Shown in pieces: positions 23,318 through 35,500 of a stretch of 64,000 nt of DNA; position 1 is the first letter of the stretch, and the number at the start of each line of letters is the position of its first letter. The notes below the pieces were generated by a model. It ran no database searches, was not told the DNA's origin, and was given only the letters and a program-made list of their open reading frames with translations. Source of the stretch: Cyanophora paradoxa CCMP329 (taxonomy: Eukaryota > Plantae > Glaucophyta); assembly GCA_004431415.1 (NCBI GenBank), contig QPMI01000219.1, positions 1 through 64,000 on the forward strand, in the 5' to 3' direction. Position numbers and translations under genes: made by a program.

Positions 23318-23528
23318 TTTTTCACCCCCAAATTTGAAACAAGAAAAGAAACCTGTCAGAGTGCTTCGGAGAATCCCAGCGCTCGGTGCCCGCCGTTTGG
23401 GAAGTCCAAGAGACAAGAAAGTAGAAAAAAGAATGAAAGAGACGTCTGCCCCGCTTCCGAGACAGAAAACCTGATTTTCGCCCTGCCTGCCCAACTTCCT
23501 CGTTTTGGCTGATGGGCACGCACCAAGC

Positions 23529-24884
23529 ATGAAGTGCAAGACAAGGACTCTCTCAAAAGGCCTTGTTTTCGCTCTCGGCATCATTTCTCTTGTTCATGTA
23601 CTTCAGCGGCCTCAGGAATATGCTGCAGATACTCGCAACAACACCAAAGGAAATGCTAGGTACTCTCGCGGCCCTCTTTCACGCGTGCACATTCTTCGTT
23701 TTGGAACAGCCGACAGTACTTTCGGCGAAGTGTTTCTGATAGCCGCGTACATGAGATGTGGTCCCTTGTGTGATTTCTATGTCGTGGCTGCAGTGGACAT
23801 ACATCTCCGAGAGATCGATTGCTCAAAATATGCTTTTGTTATCTGTGACAGACCTGCGCATGATATGATCACAGTATTTGAAAAGAGTTGTGTTTCCGTC
23901 GTACCTGTCGTCTGCCAGCTATCTTGGGCGGATCGTCATGGCGCAGGATATCAAGCTGCACTTTTTTCCTCTTCAGGACATCCAAATACTCTCAAAGACT
24001 CTCTGAGCTTTATTTATTTCTGTGAACAGGCGAGTTTTACAGATTGCATGACTGGAAAGCCGATTCCTGTTACGAAACTGAGAGCTCCTGCCCCGTCACA
24101 TAAAGTGCATGCGTGCCTGAGTCCGGTCTTTGGTGACGTGGGTAACAAATTGAGAGAGTGGGTTGAGTATCAACTGCAGATGGGAGTCGCGAATATTGAT
24201 ATCCACATGACGTGCGACGTTTCCTCAGCAACACTTTTGAGTATACACGAGTTCGTGGTTTCGTCTCAGGTTCAAGTCTATGTATGGGACCTTCCATTCG
24301 AGATGCACTACCGTGGCCAAGTTTTAGCCATTTTAAGTTGCTTTATACGAAACTTTGGGGATGCGGAATGGGTTTTGAACACGGACATCGATGAGTATTT
24401 GCACTTTAGCAGTCCAAATTCCACAGATTTGTACAATGACATACTTGAAAAAGTCACACAAAACAACCCCAGTAACTTTGATGTTGTTTTATTTGCTACC
24501 TGGTATTTCTACGAATCCCCCATGAACGTTAAAAATGAAAGCACGAACCAAGGACAAAGAGATATTCATGTGTACAAAAATTTGCGCCCACAGCCAATGG
24601 TTGAGCGAACAAAATACTTTGCTCGATCTGGGAGCTCAGTTTTCCAGTATCGAATCCATTCAGTCTATGATGGGAATCCACGAACTGTCCTCGTACCGCC
24701 TGATATCGCGTTCATTCGACATTACACATCAAAAAAACCGAATGCAGCAGAACGTGTTATTGAAGACCATTCACTTGCTAATCTGTTACTTCCTCCATTG
24801 GAAATCTCCCAAAAATCAAATTCGGACCTGACTTTCTTTGAATTCTTATCAGAATTTAAAAGAGGATGCAATCAGACAGGGTAG
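23529..24884 (+). CDS. Glycosyltransferase family 92 (DUF23 / GALS-like) type II membrane protein, 451 aa
   Basis: N-terminal TM (GLVFALGIISLVHVL); ACLSPVFG...LREWVEYQ...G; GQ...SC...WVLNTDIDEY (DxD); TKYF...IH...IRHY. Confidence 0.82.
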   Translation: MKCKTRTLSKGLVFALGIISLVHVLQRPQEYAADTRNNTKGNARYSRGPLSRVHILRFGTADSTFGEVFLIAAYMRCGPLCDFYVVAAVDIHLREIDCSKYAFVICDRPAHDMITVFEKSCVSVVPVVCQLSWADRHGAGYQAALFSSSGHPNTLKDSLSFIYFCEQASFTDCMTGKPIPVTKLRAPAPSHKVHACLSPVFGDVGNKLREWVEYQLQMGVANIDIHMTCDVSSATLLSIHEFVVSSQVQVYVWDLPFEMHYRGQVLAILSCFIRNFGDAEWVLNTDIDEYLHFSSPNSTDLYNDILEKVTQNNPSNFDVVLFATWYFYESPMNVKNESTNQGQRDIHVYKNLRPQPMVERTKYFARSGSSVFQYRIHSVYDGNPRTVLVPPDIAFIRHYTSKKPNAAERVIEDHSLANLLLPPLEISQKSNSDLTFFEFLSEFKRGCNQTG

Positions 24885-24921
24885 TTCAAAGTCTCACTGA
24901 GAAGCACATCGGTCGGAGCAG

Positions 24922-25152
24922 GCAGGGCCGTACGACAGAAATCAGTGCCATTTTCAGCGTGAGCCAAACAGGATCCAAGCTTACTAAGAACTTGCCTCCA
25001 AGCATAATTGTGGTCGAGTTGCATTTGATTGGGCCATGTATTCACAGGGTGGTCGTCAGTTCCATCTGAGGGAATAATCTGAACGACCTGGAGGAGTGCT
25101 TGCACACTCTCCAGCCAATCATTTGGAGAAGAGGCAGAGAAAGCAGGGAAAG
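24922..25152 (-). pseudogene. gag: Gypsy B gag fragment (diverged subfamily)
   Basis: VQALLQVVQIIPSDGTDDHPVNTW...DFCRTAL. Confidence 0.88.
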
Positions 25153-25263
25153 TGATGTGGAGTGTAGCTGGTTCGGGTTCTGTGTCGTAGTTTGCCCCCT
25201 AGATCGCCCCTCTTTCTCTTTCGGCGTAGGACAACTGTATGCCCTTCTTGTGCCCCTGTACCC
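25153..25263 (+). repeat. Partial diverged Gypsy B LTR, antisense to the adjacent gag fragment
   Basis: Starts with TGATGTGGAG; truncated by satellite. Confidence 0.85.
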
Positions 25264-25265
25264 TA

Positions 25266-25554
25266 GGGGAATATGCACAAGGCGCTAGCCTTAGGCAGAT
25301 GACCCTCCCAAAAGCAAGTCACTCAGTCCAATGCCCCAGGTTCCGATCTGCCACAAAATAGAAGAAAGATGCACCCCAAATATCTCTGGGAACATGCACA
25401 AGGCGCTAGCCTTAGGCAGATGACTCTTCCAACCAGCAAGTCACCCAGTCGGAGGCCGCAGGTTCCGATCAGCCACAAAATAGAAGAAAGATGCACCCCA
25501 AATCTCTCTGGGGGAATATGCACAAGGCTCTAGCCTTAGGCAGATGACCCACCT
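25266..25554 (+). repeat. 124-bp satellite (~2.3 monomers)
   Basis: Matches the reverse complement of ~43875-44160. Confidence 0.93.
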
Positions 25555-26404
25555 TGATGTGGAGTGTAGCTGGATCGGGTTCTGTGTCGTAGATTGCCCC
25601 CTACTTCGCCCCTCTTTCTCTTATGGCATAGGATATTTGTATCCCCTTCGTGTGCCCCTGCACCCCAGTCTTGGTGTGTCCGATAATGAAGTGTCCAGAA
25701 TCCTTATCATTTGAGGGCCGCTGTGTGGAACCGCTCTGCCGCGGGAAAGTGTTTAATCTTCTTTGTTGTCGTATCTGACGGCTTACTCTCGATGCTACGC
25801 GCTTGAATCTTGGAACTCGTCTGTTGTTGCGCGTACAGGCGCAAATCGTTCTCAAATGCGCTTTTGTGTGTAATTATAACCTGTGCGCATCGTTGGGACA
25901 TCGCACAGCTGCTCTGCGAGCCCGCACGTGCTGGACTGCTGGCATGGAATGTTCTAGAACTCCACTGAACCTCGCGTTCTGCGGACGTTCCTTGTGCTAC
26001 TGAGCTATATAAGACTCTTGCGCATGGTTTTTAGCCGCCTGAGTACGTTCTGACGGTTTTCTGGGGAACCTTCCAGAACACCCCTTCCTGTCATGAAGTC
26101 TTGCTCTCGTCATCTAGACGCTTTCCTGCTGCTTCAGTAGTACTGCCCTCTTCTATTTCAATCTGGCGAGCTTGACCGCACTGCTGGACTTTGTGCTCGA
26201 CCATCTGCTGACAGAAGTCCTTGGTGACCTCGCAGCAGAATCCCTGTCTGAACCCCTAGACGACGTGATTGTGGACGTTGATAACCAAGACGACATTAAC
26301 CAGGAAGACGACATGGCACAGCCTAATGTGGACGTGCTCAAGCCCTTCCTCAAAACCGCTACTTTCCCTGCTTTCTCTGCCTCTTCTCCTACTGATTGGC
26401 TGGA
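25555..26404 (+). mobile_element. Gypsy B 5' fragment (LTR 25555-25709, leader, gag start)
   Basis: Same satellite junction GACCCACCT|TGATG as at 8494. Confidence 0.92.
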
Positions 26405-26656
26405 ACAGCAGTGGCCCTGTAAGGGCCTCTTTCCTTCGAAGTGGGACCCCCACCAAGTGTTTGGGGACTTGAATGTTTCCTGGCTTCACTCCCTCTTAGG
26501 CGCTGGTCAGTTTGAATTCCTCGTGGGCCCACAGCAGGGGGTCAGGTGCTGTTGGCAGCGCTAGATTTTGTCTTCTTATTGTTCACCCGTGCATACAAGA
26601 TTAGCTCCTTACCCCGACTGGGGGGGGAAACGAGAGAGAGAGCCTGCAGGCGGGAG

Positions 26657-28277
26657 ACTTCTGTTCCAATTTTCCACGATTTCCACTAACTACCACTACT
26701 CTACTAGCACTTTTTGAATCATCCAAAGCATGATTAATTCCACGCGAATGCGCTTGACCATCACCAGAACGAATGTCTGGGCGAATTTCCACTGAAGCAA
26801 CCTCATGGATAATGGGATCATTCTCTTGAAGGGTAACATCGGGACCAGAAGAAGAAATAGGAGAAGAAGATTGAGAAGCATCCAAGGAAGGGAAAGGGAA
26901 AGCGCGAGCGACCGACAACGACTGCCGCTTCAAGAACTCATTGAGAGTAATCAGTCCATTCGCTGCGCCGAAAATGGCTGGTTTCTTGGCCGCCCCAGCC
27001 TGGCGGGCAACAACAGGCTGGGTTAGGCTTTTCCCGCCGGGCGGGGCTGCGAACCGCCCCGACCCCTAGGGTCAGCCGACGACCCACGGCGCTCAGCAGA
27101 GCGACCGCGATAACCACCAGAAGAATTTCCAAAACTGCGAGAATCATTTCCAGAATTAAGAAATTTATCATTCGAACGATTGCGATCAAAATTGTGATGT
27201 CCACGAGGCTGGTCACGCCAGCTATCACCGCGAGGGCGATACTGCAACTGGCGAGACAACTGGTCCATGCGATCCAAAATAATAGAAGAAGTGCGACGAG
27301 AATCATCGCGCAACTCGTCAAATTGCTGGCGAGCCTCGTGCCGAATCTCGCTCAATTGGCGGCGAGTTTCGTCACGAAGTGAATCAAGCTTATCATCCAC
27401 CTTCAAAGAAAACTGTTTAAGCTTCGATTCGACCGCTCATCAATCAGAGACTCAATACGCTCCGAAGTGAGAGCGTTCAATCCAGAAACATTTTTCGGCG
27501 ATCCAAAAGGAAGAGAAGTAATTCCAAAAGGAGAAAACGAAGAAAAAGAGGAAGTGCGATCCGTCCAGAGACTGCGCAGCCGACGCAAAAAGCGAAGTTT
27601 ATTGTCGTCCAATTCAGCAGGCAGCTCACCCAACTTCAGGTCATCACTCCAAATTTGCTTCACCACAACTTTCTCGAGAATGCCAGCTTCCTCCGCTCGC
27701 TTCATCTTCTCCACAGCAAAGTCTTCAAAATTGACTTGAGTACCGGCCTGGAGACAAGCACTCTGGTATGTATAGGACCAGAAATTGCGAGCGGAATCCG
27801 TCTGGACATCCGAATGCATAAAGTGATCCTCGAACTTCTTGAGAAAAGTTGTCCAATTGTCACATTCAAGGACCACTCGAGAAAAGTCATGGGCCCCAGC
27901 TGCCTCATTGAAGACAGACTGGAGTTTCAGCTGCACATGGGGCCAAGCATAGTCAAAATCAGCCTTTGCCTGAGCCGTCCATGTGGAGTAAGGAGTGGTG
28001 TCCACAGTGGGCATAAGATCGCCAGTAAGGAGTAAGTAAGGACATAGATCGCCTTCAGCACATCGCGAACATTTTTAAGGAATCTAGAAGGAGCAGAATA
28101 CTCAAATTTGGGGAGAAGAAGATTGCGCAGGAGCGGCTTAATCAAGTCCACCCTAGGCTGGGCAGCCATGATGTCCTCCTGGTCAATGTCCACAGAAACG
28201 TTGTCCTCGTCAGCCAGCCTTCCTGCCTGTGCGGAGAGCAGGATAGCTTTATTTATACAGTCGTTAACTAAGGTCCT
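26657..28277 (-). mobile_element. Second Gypsy A copy: gag, frameshift site (27029-27035), pol N-terminus
   Basis: Near-identical to 4116-5441 and to 30800-31096. Confidence 0.92.
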
Positions 28278-31096
28278 ATTCCCAAATTCATCCAATTGAG
28301 AAAGGACCGCACCAACTCCGGTCTTAGAAGCATCAGTTTTGAGAATGAAGGACTTTGAGAAATCAGGAAGCGAAAGGATGGGAGCAGAACAAAGCAACTC
28401 TTTCAATTTCCGAAAAGCCAGATCCTCTCGAGCAGTCCAATGAAAACTTGAACTCTTGGCGCAAAGATCATAGAGTGGCGCCGCAAGAACTGCATACAAA
28501 GGTACAAAGATTCTATAATATCCAGTCATGCCAAGAAAAGTCCTAACTTCGGATACAGATTTGGGGGTCGCAAACTTGCGAACAGCCTCCACCTTTGCGG
28601 CAGAGGGCTTGATGCCCTGTCTAGTAACTACAAATCCAAGAAACTCCAATTCAGCCTTGAAGAATTTCGATTTCTTGGGCTTAAAGAAGATGTTTGCCCG
28701 TCTCATAGCATCACACACCCACTGAAGATCAGCTAGGTGCTGCTTCAAGGATTTCCAAAATACACAGATATCATCCAAATATACCAAAATGAATACATAT
28801 AAATAAGTGCCAAGAACGCTGTTCATCATCATCTGAAAAGTGGCAGGGGCCGTCTTCAGGCCTTGGGGCATAACATTCCACTCAAAAAGTCCAAGGGGAG
28901 ACCGAAAAGCAGTCTTCTCCTTGTCCTCCTCCTCCATTTCAACACCCCAGTAGCCATCGGGGGCATCCATGCCAGTAATATAAATAGCTCCAGTCAAAGC
29001 TTCGAGAGCATCATCAATTCTAGGCAAAGGATAAGCGTCATCCGCAGTAACTGAATTTAATTTGCGATAATCGATGCAAAATCGAAGAGATCCATCCTTC
29101 TTGCGCACAAGGACCACAGGAGCGGCCCAAAGTGAGCGAGAGGGACGAATAAGATTGCGAGAAAGCAACTTTTTGGTCTCATCGATAATTAATTCTCGTT
29201 CAGTCTGCGAGTGCCTCCGAGGGGGCTCCGCTATGGGGCGGGCATCCCCAGTCTTGATCGAGTGCTTGATCGGGGGATGAGGCGCACTTGGGTCTTACGG
29301 AGGTAGCGCAGCCTTGGCCAAGTCCCAGTTCTGTGCAAGGAAGTCAGCCATGACAGCGCGCTCCGCAGGCGTATCATCCCGACTGCCGATATCGACGGCT
29401 CGGAGAGCATCAATAATGTCGGCGCCATACCGTTGCCGCAACTCATCGAAAATAACAGTCGAAGCTTGATCGATCGGAACAGCGTTCAAATGCGAAAAAC
29501 TACCTAACTTCTCCTCATATGGATACGAACACTCGGGAAGACCTACTCTATCAGAAACATTTTTAAAAGCATTCTCGGACTCCGTTGAACGTTTTGGAGG
29601 CGCGATTTCCACAAAAGAATTGTCAACATTTTTGGCATCGGCAGAGCTGACTTGCAATGAGTCTGCGCAAGTGTACTGAGCAGAGTATGTTGAGCTCGAA
29701 GGCGACGGAACCTCGCCAGGCCGGTCGACCTTCACATACTTGCCGTTCCCATCTTGATCATAACTCAGATTAAGAGCCAAGTCAAATACTTCAGCTTCGA
29801 GATGTTTCTCAGGGACAAATCGTGCGATTGCACGGCCCTTTTTCAAAACAACTGGTTTCTCAGAGAAACGATTTCTCAAATTCGAAACTAAAGCATATAC
29901 TTTGCCTCCACGACACGCAGCAAGTCCATTTGCCACACGGACCTCCTGATTGTCGTCCCATTTGTAGAAGTTGACAAGAAAACCTTCACAATCCGGCAAA
30001 TAGCGGTTGCCTCCGACTTGCAGTTCAACCTTCCGTTGCACACCAGGTTCAATTTTAACCTCCCTTGCAACCTCCAGAATATGACCATGCTCCTTGGACA
30101 CTCTGCGAGTGCTGGAGTCGTCCGAGGGGTCAGATTCCGGTGTCTCCGGCGACAGAGAACTGGGCTGCGTAGAGGTGCCAGGTAAGAAAGAGAGAATTCC
30201 ACACTTAACTGGCTTGTCTGGGTGCTTGGCGAAGACCACAAATCGGTTGTCAGCGTCCTTATTGCAATAGGTGACCCCATTATCAGAAAAGAAATCTTGG
30301 CCTAAGATGCCATCGAATGCGTATCCCTGGAAATCAACCACAAGAAAAGGAAAACTCCGGGTGAGGGGCCCAATAGTAGCAGCCACATGAACCTCACCAG
30401 GGACAGCCACCAATGCAGAATTCGGGAGCTTGACAGAAGGAGTGTGAATAGTTCTAAACACCTTATTTTGAAGTCCAAGAGAAGAGATAGTAGAAGAAAG
30501 AATGAAAGAGACATCTGCCCCGCTGTCGAGAAGGAATTTGTGATGTTTGCCCTGAATGACAACGTCCAGAGTTGACCTCCCCGGAGCTAAGGTCATGAAG
30601 CGACGCTGCCCTGCGAATGCAGGCTCAGCAGGAGGGCTCTGGGAGTCCAGAGAACAAATTTCAATTGAGGCTCGGCCATTATCATCAAAAGACAACTTCA
30701 GGGAAACCGGCTTCGAATTGTTTGTAGATGATATAAAATGCTTTTTAGCAGGGGCATCTCGTTTCCATCGCAGCTCATCAGAAAAGAAATTCGAAAATGA
30801 CTTCTGTTCCAATTTTCCACGATTTCCACTAACTACCACTACTCTACTAGCACTTTTTGAATCATCCAAAGCATGATTAATTCCACACGAATGCGCTTGA
30901 CCATCACCAGAACGAATGTCTGGGCGAATTTCCACTGAAGCAACCTCATGGATAATGGGATCATTCTCTTGAAGGGTAACATCGGGACCAGAAGAAGAAA
31001 TAGGAGAAGAAGATTGAGAAGCATCCAAGGAAGGGAAAGGGAAAGCGCGAGCGACCGACAACGACTGCCGCTTCAAGAACTCATTGAGAGTAATCA
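28278..31096 (-). pseudogene. pol: Gypsy A pol, piece 2 (protease, dUTPase-like, RT, start of RNase H); one in-frame stop at 29295-29297
   Basis: FLLDSGAD; RFCIDYRKLN; YLDD; KTDASKTGVGAVLSQLDEFGN. Confidence 0.93.
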
Positions 31097-32328
31097 GATG
31101 ACCCACCCACCAGCAAGTCACTCAGTCGAGGCCCCAGGTTTCCGATCTGCCAGAAAATAGAAGATGGATGCACTTCAAATCTCTCTGGGGGAATATGCAC
31201 AAGGCGCTAGCCTTAGGAAGATGACCCACCCACCAGCAAGTCACTCAGTCAAAGGCCCCAGGTTTCCGATCGGCCACAAAATAGAAGAAAGATGCACCCC
31301 AAATCTCTCTGGGGGAATATGCACAAGGCGCTAGCCTTAGGAAGATGACCCACCCACCAGCAAGTCACTCAGTCAAAGGCCCCAGGTTTCCGATCGGCCA
31401 CAAAATAGAAGAAAGATGCACCCCAAATCTCTCTGGGGGAATATGCACAAGGCGCTAGCCTTAGGCAGATGACCCACCCACCAGCAAGTCACTCAGTCGA
31501 AGGCCCCAGGTTTCCGATCTGCCAGAAAATAGAAGATGGATGCACCCCAAATCTCTCTGGGGGAATATGCACAAGGCGCTAGCCTTAGGAAGATGACCCA
31601 CCCACCAGCAAGTCACTCAGTCGAAGGCCCCAGGTTTCCGATCTGCCAGAAAATAGAAGATGGATGCACTTCAAATCTCTCTGGGGGAATATGCACAAGG
31701 CGCTAGCCTTAGGCAGATGACCCACCCACCAGCAAGTCACTCAGTCAAAGGCCCCAGGTTTCTGATCGGCCACAAAATAGAAGAAAGATGCACCCCAAAT
31801 CTCTCTGGGGGAATATGCACAAGGCGCTAGCCTTAGGCAGATGACCCACCCACCAGCAAGTCACTCAGTCGAGGGCCCCAGGTTTCCGATCTGCCAGAAA
31901 ATAGAAGAAAGATGCACCCCAAATCTCTCTGGGGGAATATGCACAAGGCGCTAGCCTTAGGAAGATGACCCACCCACCAGCAAGTCACTCAGTCGAAGGC
32001 CCCAGGTTTCCGATCTGCCACAAAATAGAAGAAGGATGCACCCCAAATCTCTTGGGGGAATATGCACAAGGCGCTAGCCTTAGGAAGATGACCCACCCAC
32101 CAGCAAGTCACTCAGTCGAAGGCCCCAGGTTTCCGATCTGCCAGAAAATAGAAGATGGATGCACTTCAAATCTCTTTGGGGGAATATGCACAAGGCGCTA
32201 GCCTTAGGAAGATGACCCACCCACCAGCAAGTCACTCAGTCGAAGGCCCCAGGTTTCCGATCTGCCACAAAATAGAAGAAGGATGCACCCCAAATCTCTT
32301 TGGGGGAATATGCACAAGGCGCTAGCCT
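31094..32328 (+). repeat. 124-bp satellite block (~10 monomers, block 1 subfamily)
   Basis: GGAAGAT / GATGGATGCACTTC variants as in 1-3457. Confidence 0.96.
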
Positions 32329-32329
32329 C

Positions 32330-32517
32330 CGTTTGCTTGTGATACCTCCGGTTTTCGTGGAATCCGGCGAGTTTCCGGAGTTGTCTCTTTTCTCTCCTTT
32401 TGGAATCTCTCTTTATCTCTCTTTCTTTCTTTTGGAACGATCTGAAATGTTTTCTTGAACACTGGCCTCGTCAAGCAACACTATTCGAGCAGTGTACCGT
32501 CGTAGGCTTGGGCCCTT
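32330..32517 (+). mobile_element. Gypsy A 5' leader fragment
   Basis: Matches ~3924-4111. Confidence 0.9.
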
Positions 32518-32519
32518 CC

Positions 32520-35500
32520 TTGGTGGGTGGGTCATCTGAGTGATGCTAGCACCTTGTGCATGTTCCCCCAGAGAGATTTGGGGTGCATCTTTCTTCTATT
32601 TTGCCACAGATTGGAAACCTGGGGCCTTCGACTGAGTGACTTGCTGGTGGGTTCATCTGTGTAATGCTAGCACCTTGTGCATTTTCCCCCAGAGAGATTT
32701 GGGGTGCATCTTTCTTCTATTTTGTGGCGGATAAGAAACCTGGGGCCTTCAACTGAGTGACTTGCTGGAGGGTGGGTTCATCTGCCTGAGGCTAGCGCCA
32801 TGTGCATATTCCCCCAGAGAGATTTGGGGTGCATCTTTCTTCTATTTTGTGGCAGATCCGAAACCTGGGGCCTTCGACTGAGTGACTTGCTGGTGGGTGG
32901 GTCATCTGCCTAAGGCTAGCGCCTTGTGCATATTCCCCCAGAGAGATTTGGGGTGCATCTTCCTTTGATTTTTTCACAGATCCTAAACCTGGGGCCTTCG
33001 ACTGAGTGACTTGCTGGTGGGTGGGTCATCTGCCTAAGGCTAGCGCCTTGTGCATATTCCCCCAGAGAGATTTGGGGTGCATCCTTCTTCTATTTTGTGG
33101 CAGATCGGAAACCTGGGGCCTTCGACTGAGTGACGTGCTGGTGGAAGAGTCATCTGCCTAAGGCTAGCGCCTTGTGCATATTCCCCCAGAGAGAGTTGAA
33201 GTGCATCTTTCTTCTATTTTGTGGCAGATTGGAAACCTGGGGCATTTGACTGAGTGACTTGCTGGTGGGTGGGTTCATCTGTGTAATGCTAGCACCTTGT
33301 GCATATTCCCCCAGAGAGATTTGGGGTGCATCCTTCTTCTATTTTGTGGCAGATCGGAAACCTGGGGCCTTCGACTCAGTGACTCGGTGGTGGGTGGGTC
33401 ATCTGCCTAAGGCTATCACCTTGTGCATATTCCCCCAGAGAGATTTGGGGTGCATCTTTCTTCTATTTTGTGGCAGATTCGAAAACTGGGGCATTTGACT
33501 GAGTGACTTGGTGGTGGGTGGGTCATCTGCCTAAGGCTTGCGCCTTGTGCATATTCCCCCAGAGAGATTTGGGGTGCATCTTCCTTTGATTTTTTCACAG
33601 ATCCTAAACCTGGGGCCTTCGACTGAGTGACTTGCTGGTGGGTGGGTCATCTGAGTGATGCTAGCACCTTGTGCATGTTCCCCAGAGAGATTTGGGGTGC
33701 ATCTTTCTTCTATTTTGTGGCAGATTGGAAACCTGGGGCATTTGACTGAGTGACTTGCTGGTGGGTGGGTCATCTGCCTAAGGCTAGCGCCTGATGCATA
33801 TCCTCAGAGAGATTTGGGGTGCATCCTTCTTCTATTTTGTGGCAGATCAGAAACCTGGGGCCTTCGACTCTGTGACTTGCTGGTGGGTGGGTCATCTGCC
33901 TAAGGCTATCACCTTGTGCATATTCCCCCAGAGAGATTTGGGGTGCATCTTTCTTCTATTTTGTGGCAGATTCAAAACCGGGCATTTGACTGAGTGACTT
34001 GCTGGTGGGTGGGTCATCTGCCTAAGGCTAGCGCCTTGTGCATATTCCCCCAGAGAGATTTGGGGTGCATCCTTCTTCTATTTTGTGGCAGATCGGAAAC
34101 CTGGGGCCTTCGACTGAGTGACGTGCTGGTGGGTGGGTCATCTGCGTAAGGCTAGCGCCTTGTGCATATTCCCCCAGAGAGATTTGGGGTGCATCTTTCT
34201 TCTATTTTGTGGCAGATTGGAAACCTGGGGCATTTGACTGAGTGACTTGCTGGTGGGTGGGTCATCTGCCTAAGGCTAGCGCCTTGTGCATATTCCCCCA
34301 GAGAGATTTGGGGTGCATCCTTCTTCTATTTTGTGGCAGATCCGAAACCTGGGGCCTTCCACTCTGTGACTTGCTGGTGGGTGGGTCATCTGCCTAAGGC
34401 TATCACCTTGTGCATATTCCCCCAGAGAGATTTGGGGTGCATCTTTCTTCTATTTTGTGGCAGATTCAAAAACCGGGCATTTGACTGAGTGACTTGCTGG
34501 TGGGTGGGTCATCTGCCTAAGGCTAGCGCCTTGTGCATATCCCCCAGAGAGATTTGGGGTGCATTCTTCTTCTATTTTGTGGCAGATCGGAAACCTGGGG
34601 CCTTCGACTGAGTGACGTGCTGGTGGGTGGGTCATCTGCGTGATGCTAGCACCTTGTGCATGTTCCCCCAGAGAGATTTGGGGTGCATCTTCTTCTATTT
34701 TGTGGCAGATTGGAAACCTGGGGCATTTGACTGAGTGACTTGCTGGTGGGTGGGTTCATCTGTGTAATGCTAGCACCTTGTGCATATTCCCCCAGAGAGA
34801 TTTGGGGTGCATCCTTCTTCTATTTTGTGGCAGATCGGAAACCTGGGGCCTTCGACTCAGTGACTCGGTGGTGGGTGGGTCATCTGCCTAAGGCTATCAC
34901 CTTGTGCATATTCCCCCAGAGAGATTTGGGGTGCATCTTTCTTCTATTTTGTGGCAGATTCGAAAACTGGGGCATTTGACTGAGTGACTTGGTGGTGGGT
35001 GGGTCATCTGCCTAAGGCTAGCGCCTTGTGCATATTCCCCCAGAGAGATTTGGGGTGCATCTTCCTTTGATTTTTTCACAGATCCTAAACCTGGGGCCTT
35101 CGACTGAGTGACTTGCTGGTGGGTGGGTCATCTGAGTGATGCTAGCACCTTGTGCATGTTCCCCCAGAGAGATTTGGGGTGCATCTTTCTTCTATTTTGT
35201 GGCAGATTGGAAACCTGGGGCATTTGACTGAGTGACTTGCTGGTGGGTGGGTCATCTGCCTAAGGCTAGCGCCTGATGCATATCCTCAGAGAGATTTGGG
35301 GTGCATCCTTCTTCTATTTTGTGGCAGATCAGAAACCTGGGGCCTTCGACTCTGTGACTTGCTGGTGGGTGGGTCATCTGCCTAAGGCTATCACCTTGTG
35401 CATATTCCCCCAGAGATATTTGGGGTGCATGTTTCTTCTATTTTGTGGCAGATTCAAAAACCGGGCATTTGACTGAGTGACTTGCTGGTGGGTGGGTCAT

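Larger units (their letters stand above)
19347..24391 (+). repeat. Direct segmental duplication (19347-21696 = 22043-24391, period ~2696 bp) of a mosaic unit
   Basis: Near-identical sequence and duplicated ORF sets. Confidence 0.95.

Noticed and set aside
26405-26656. Unassigned 250-bp fragment (also 55130-55450 and the diverged ~120-bp direct repeat at 63018-63192)
   Set aside because: No recognisable motif or partner in the window; cannot be called without a search.
27927-29168. Novel RT-RNaseH-Gag fusion gene
   Set aside because: In-frame by chance at the 28278 rearrangement junction.
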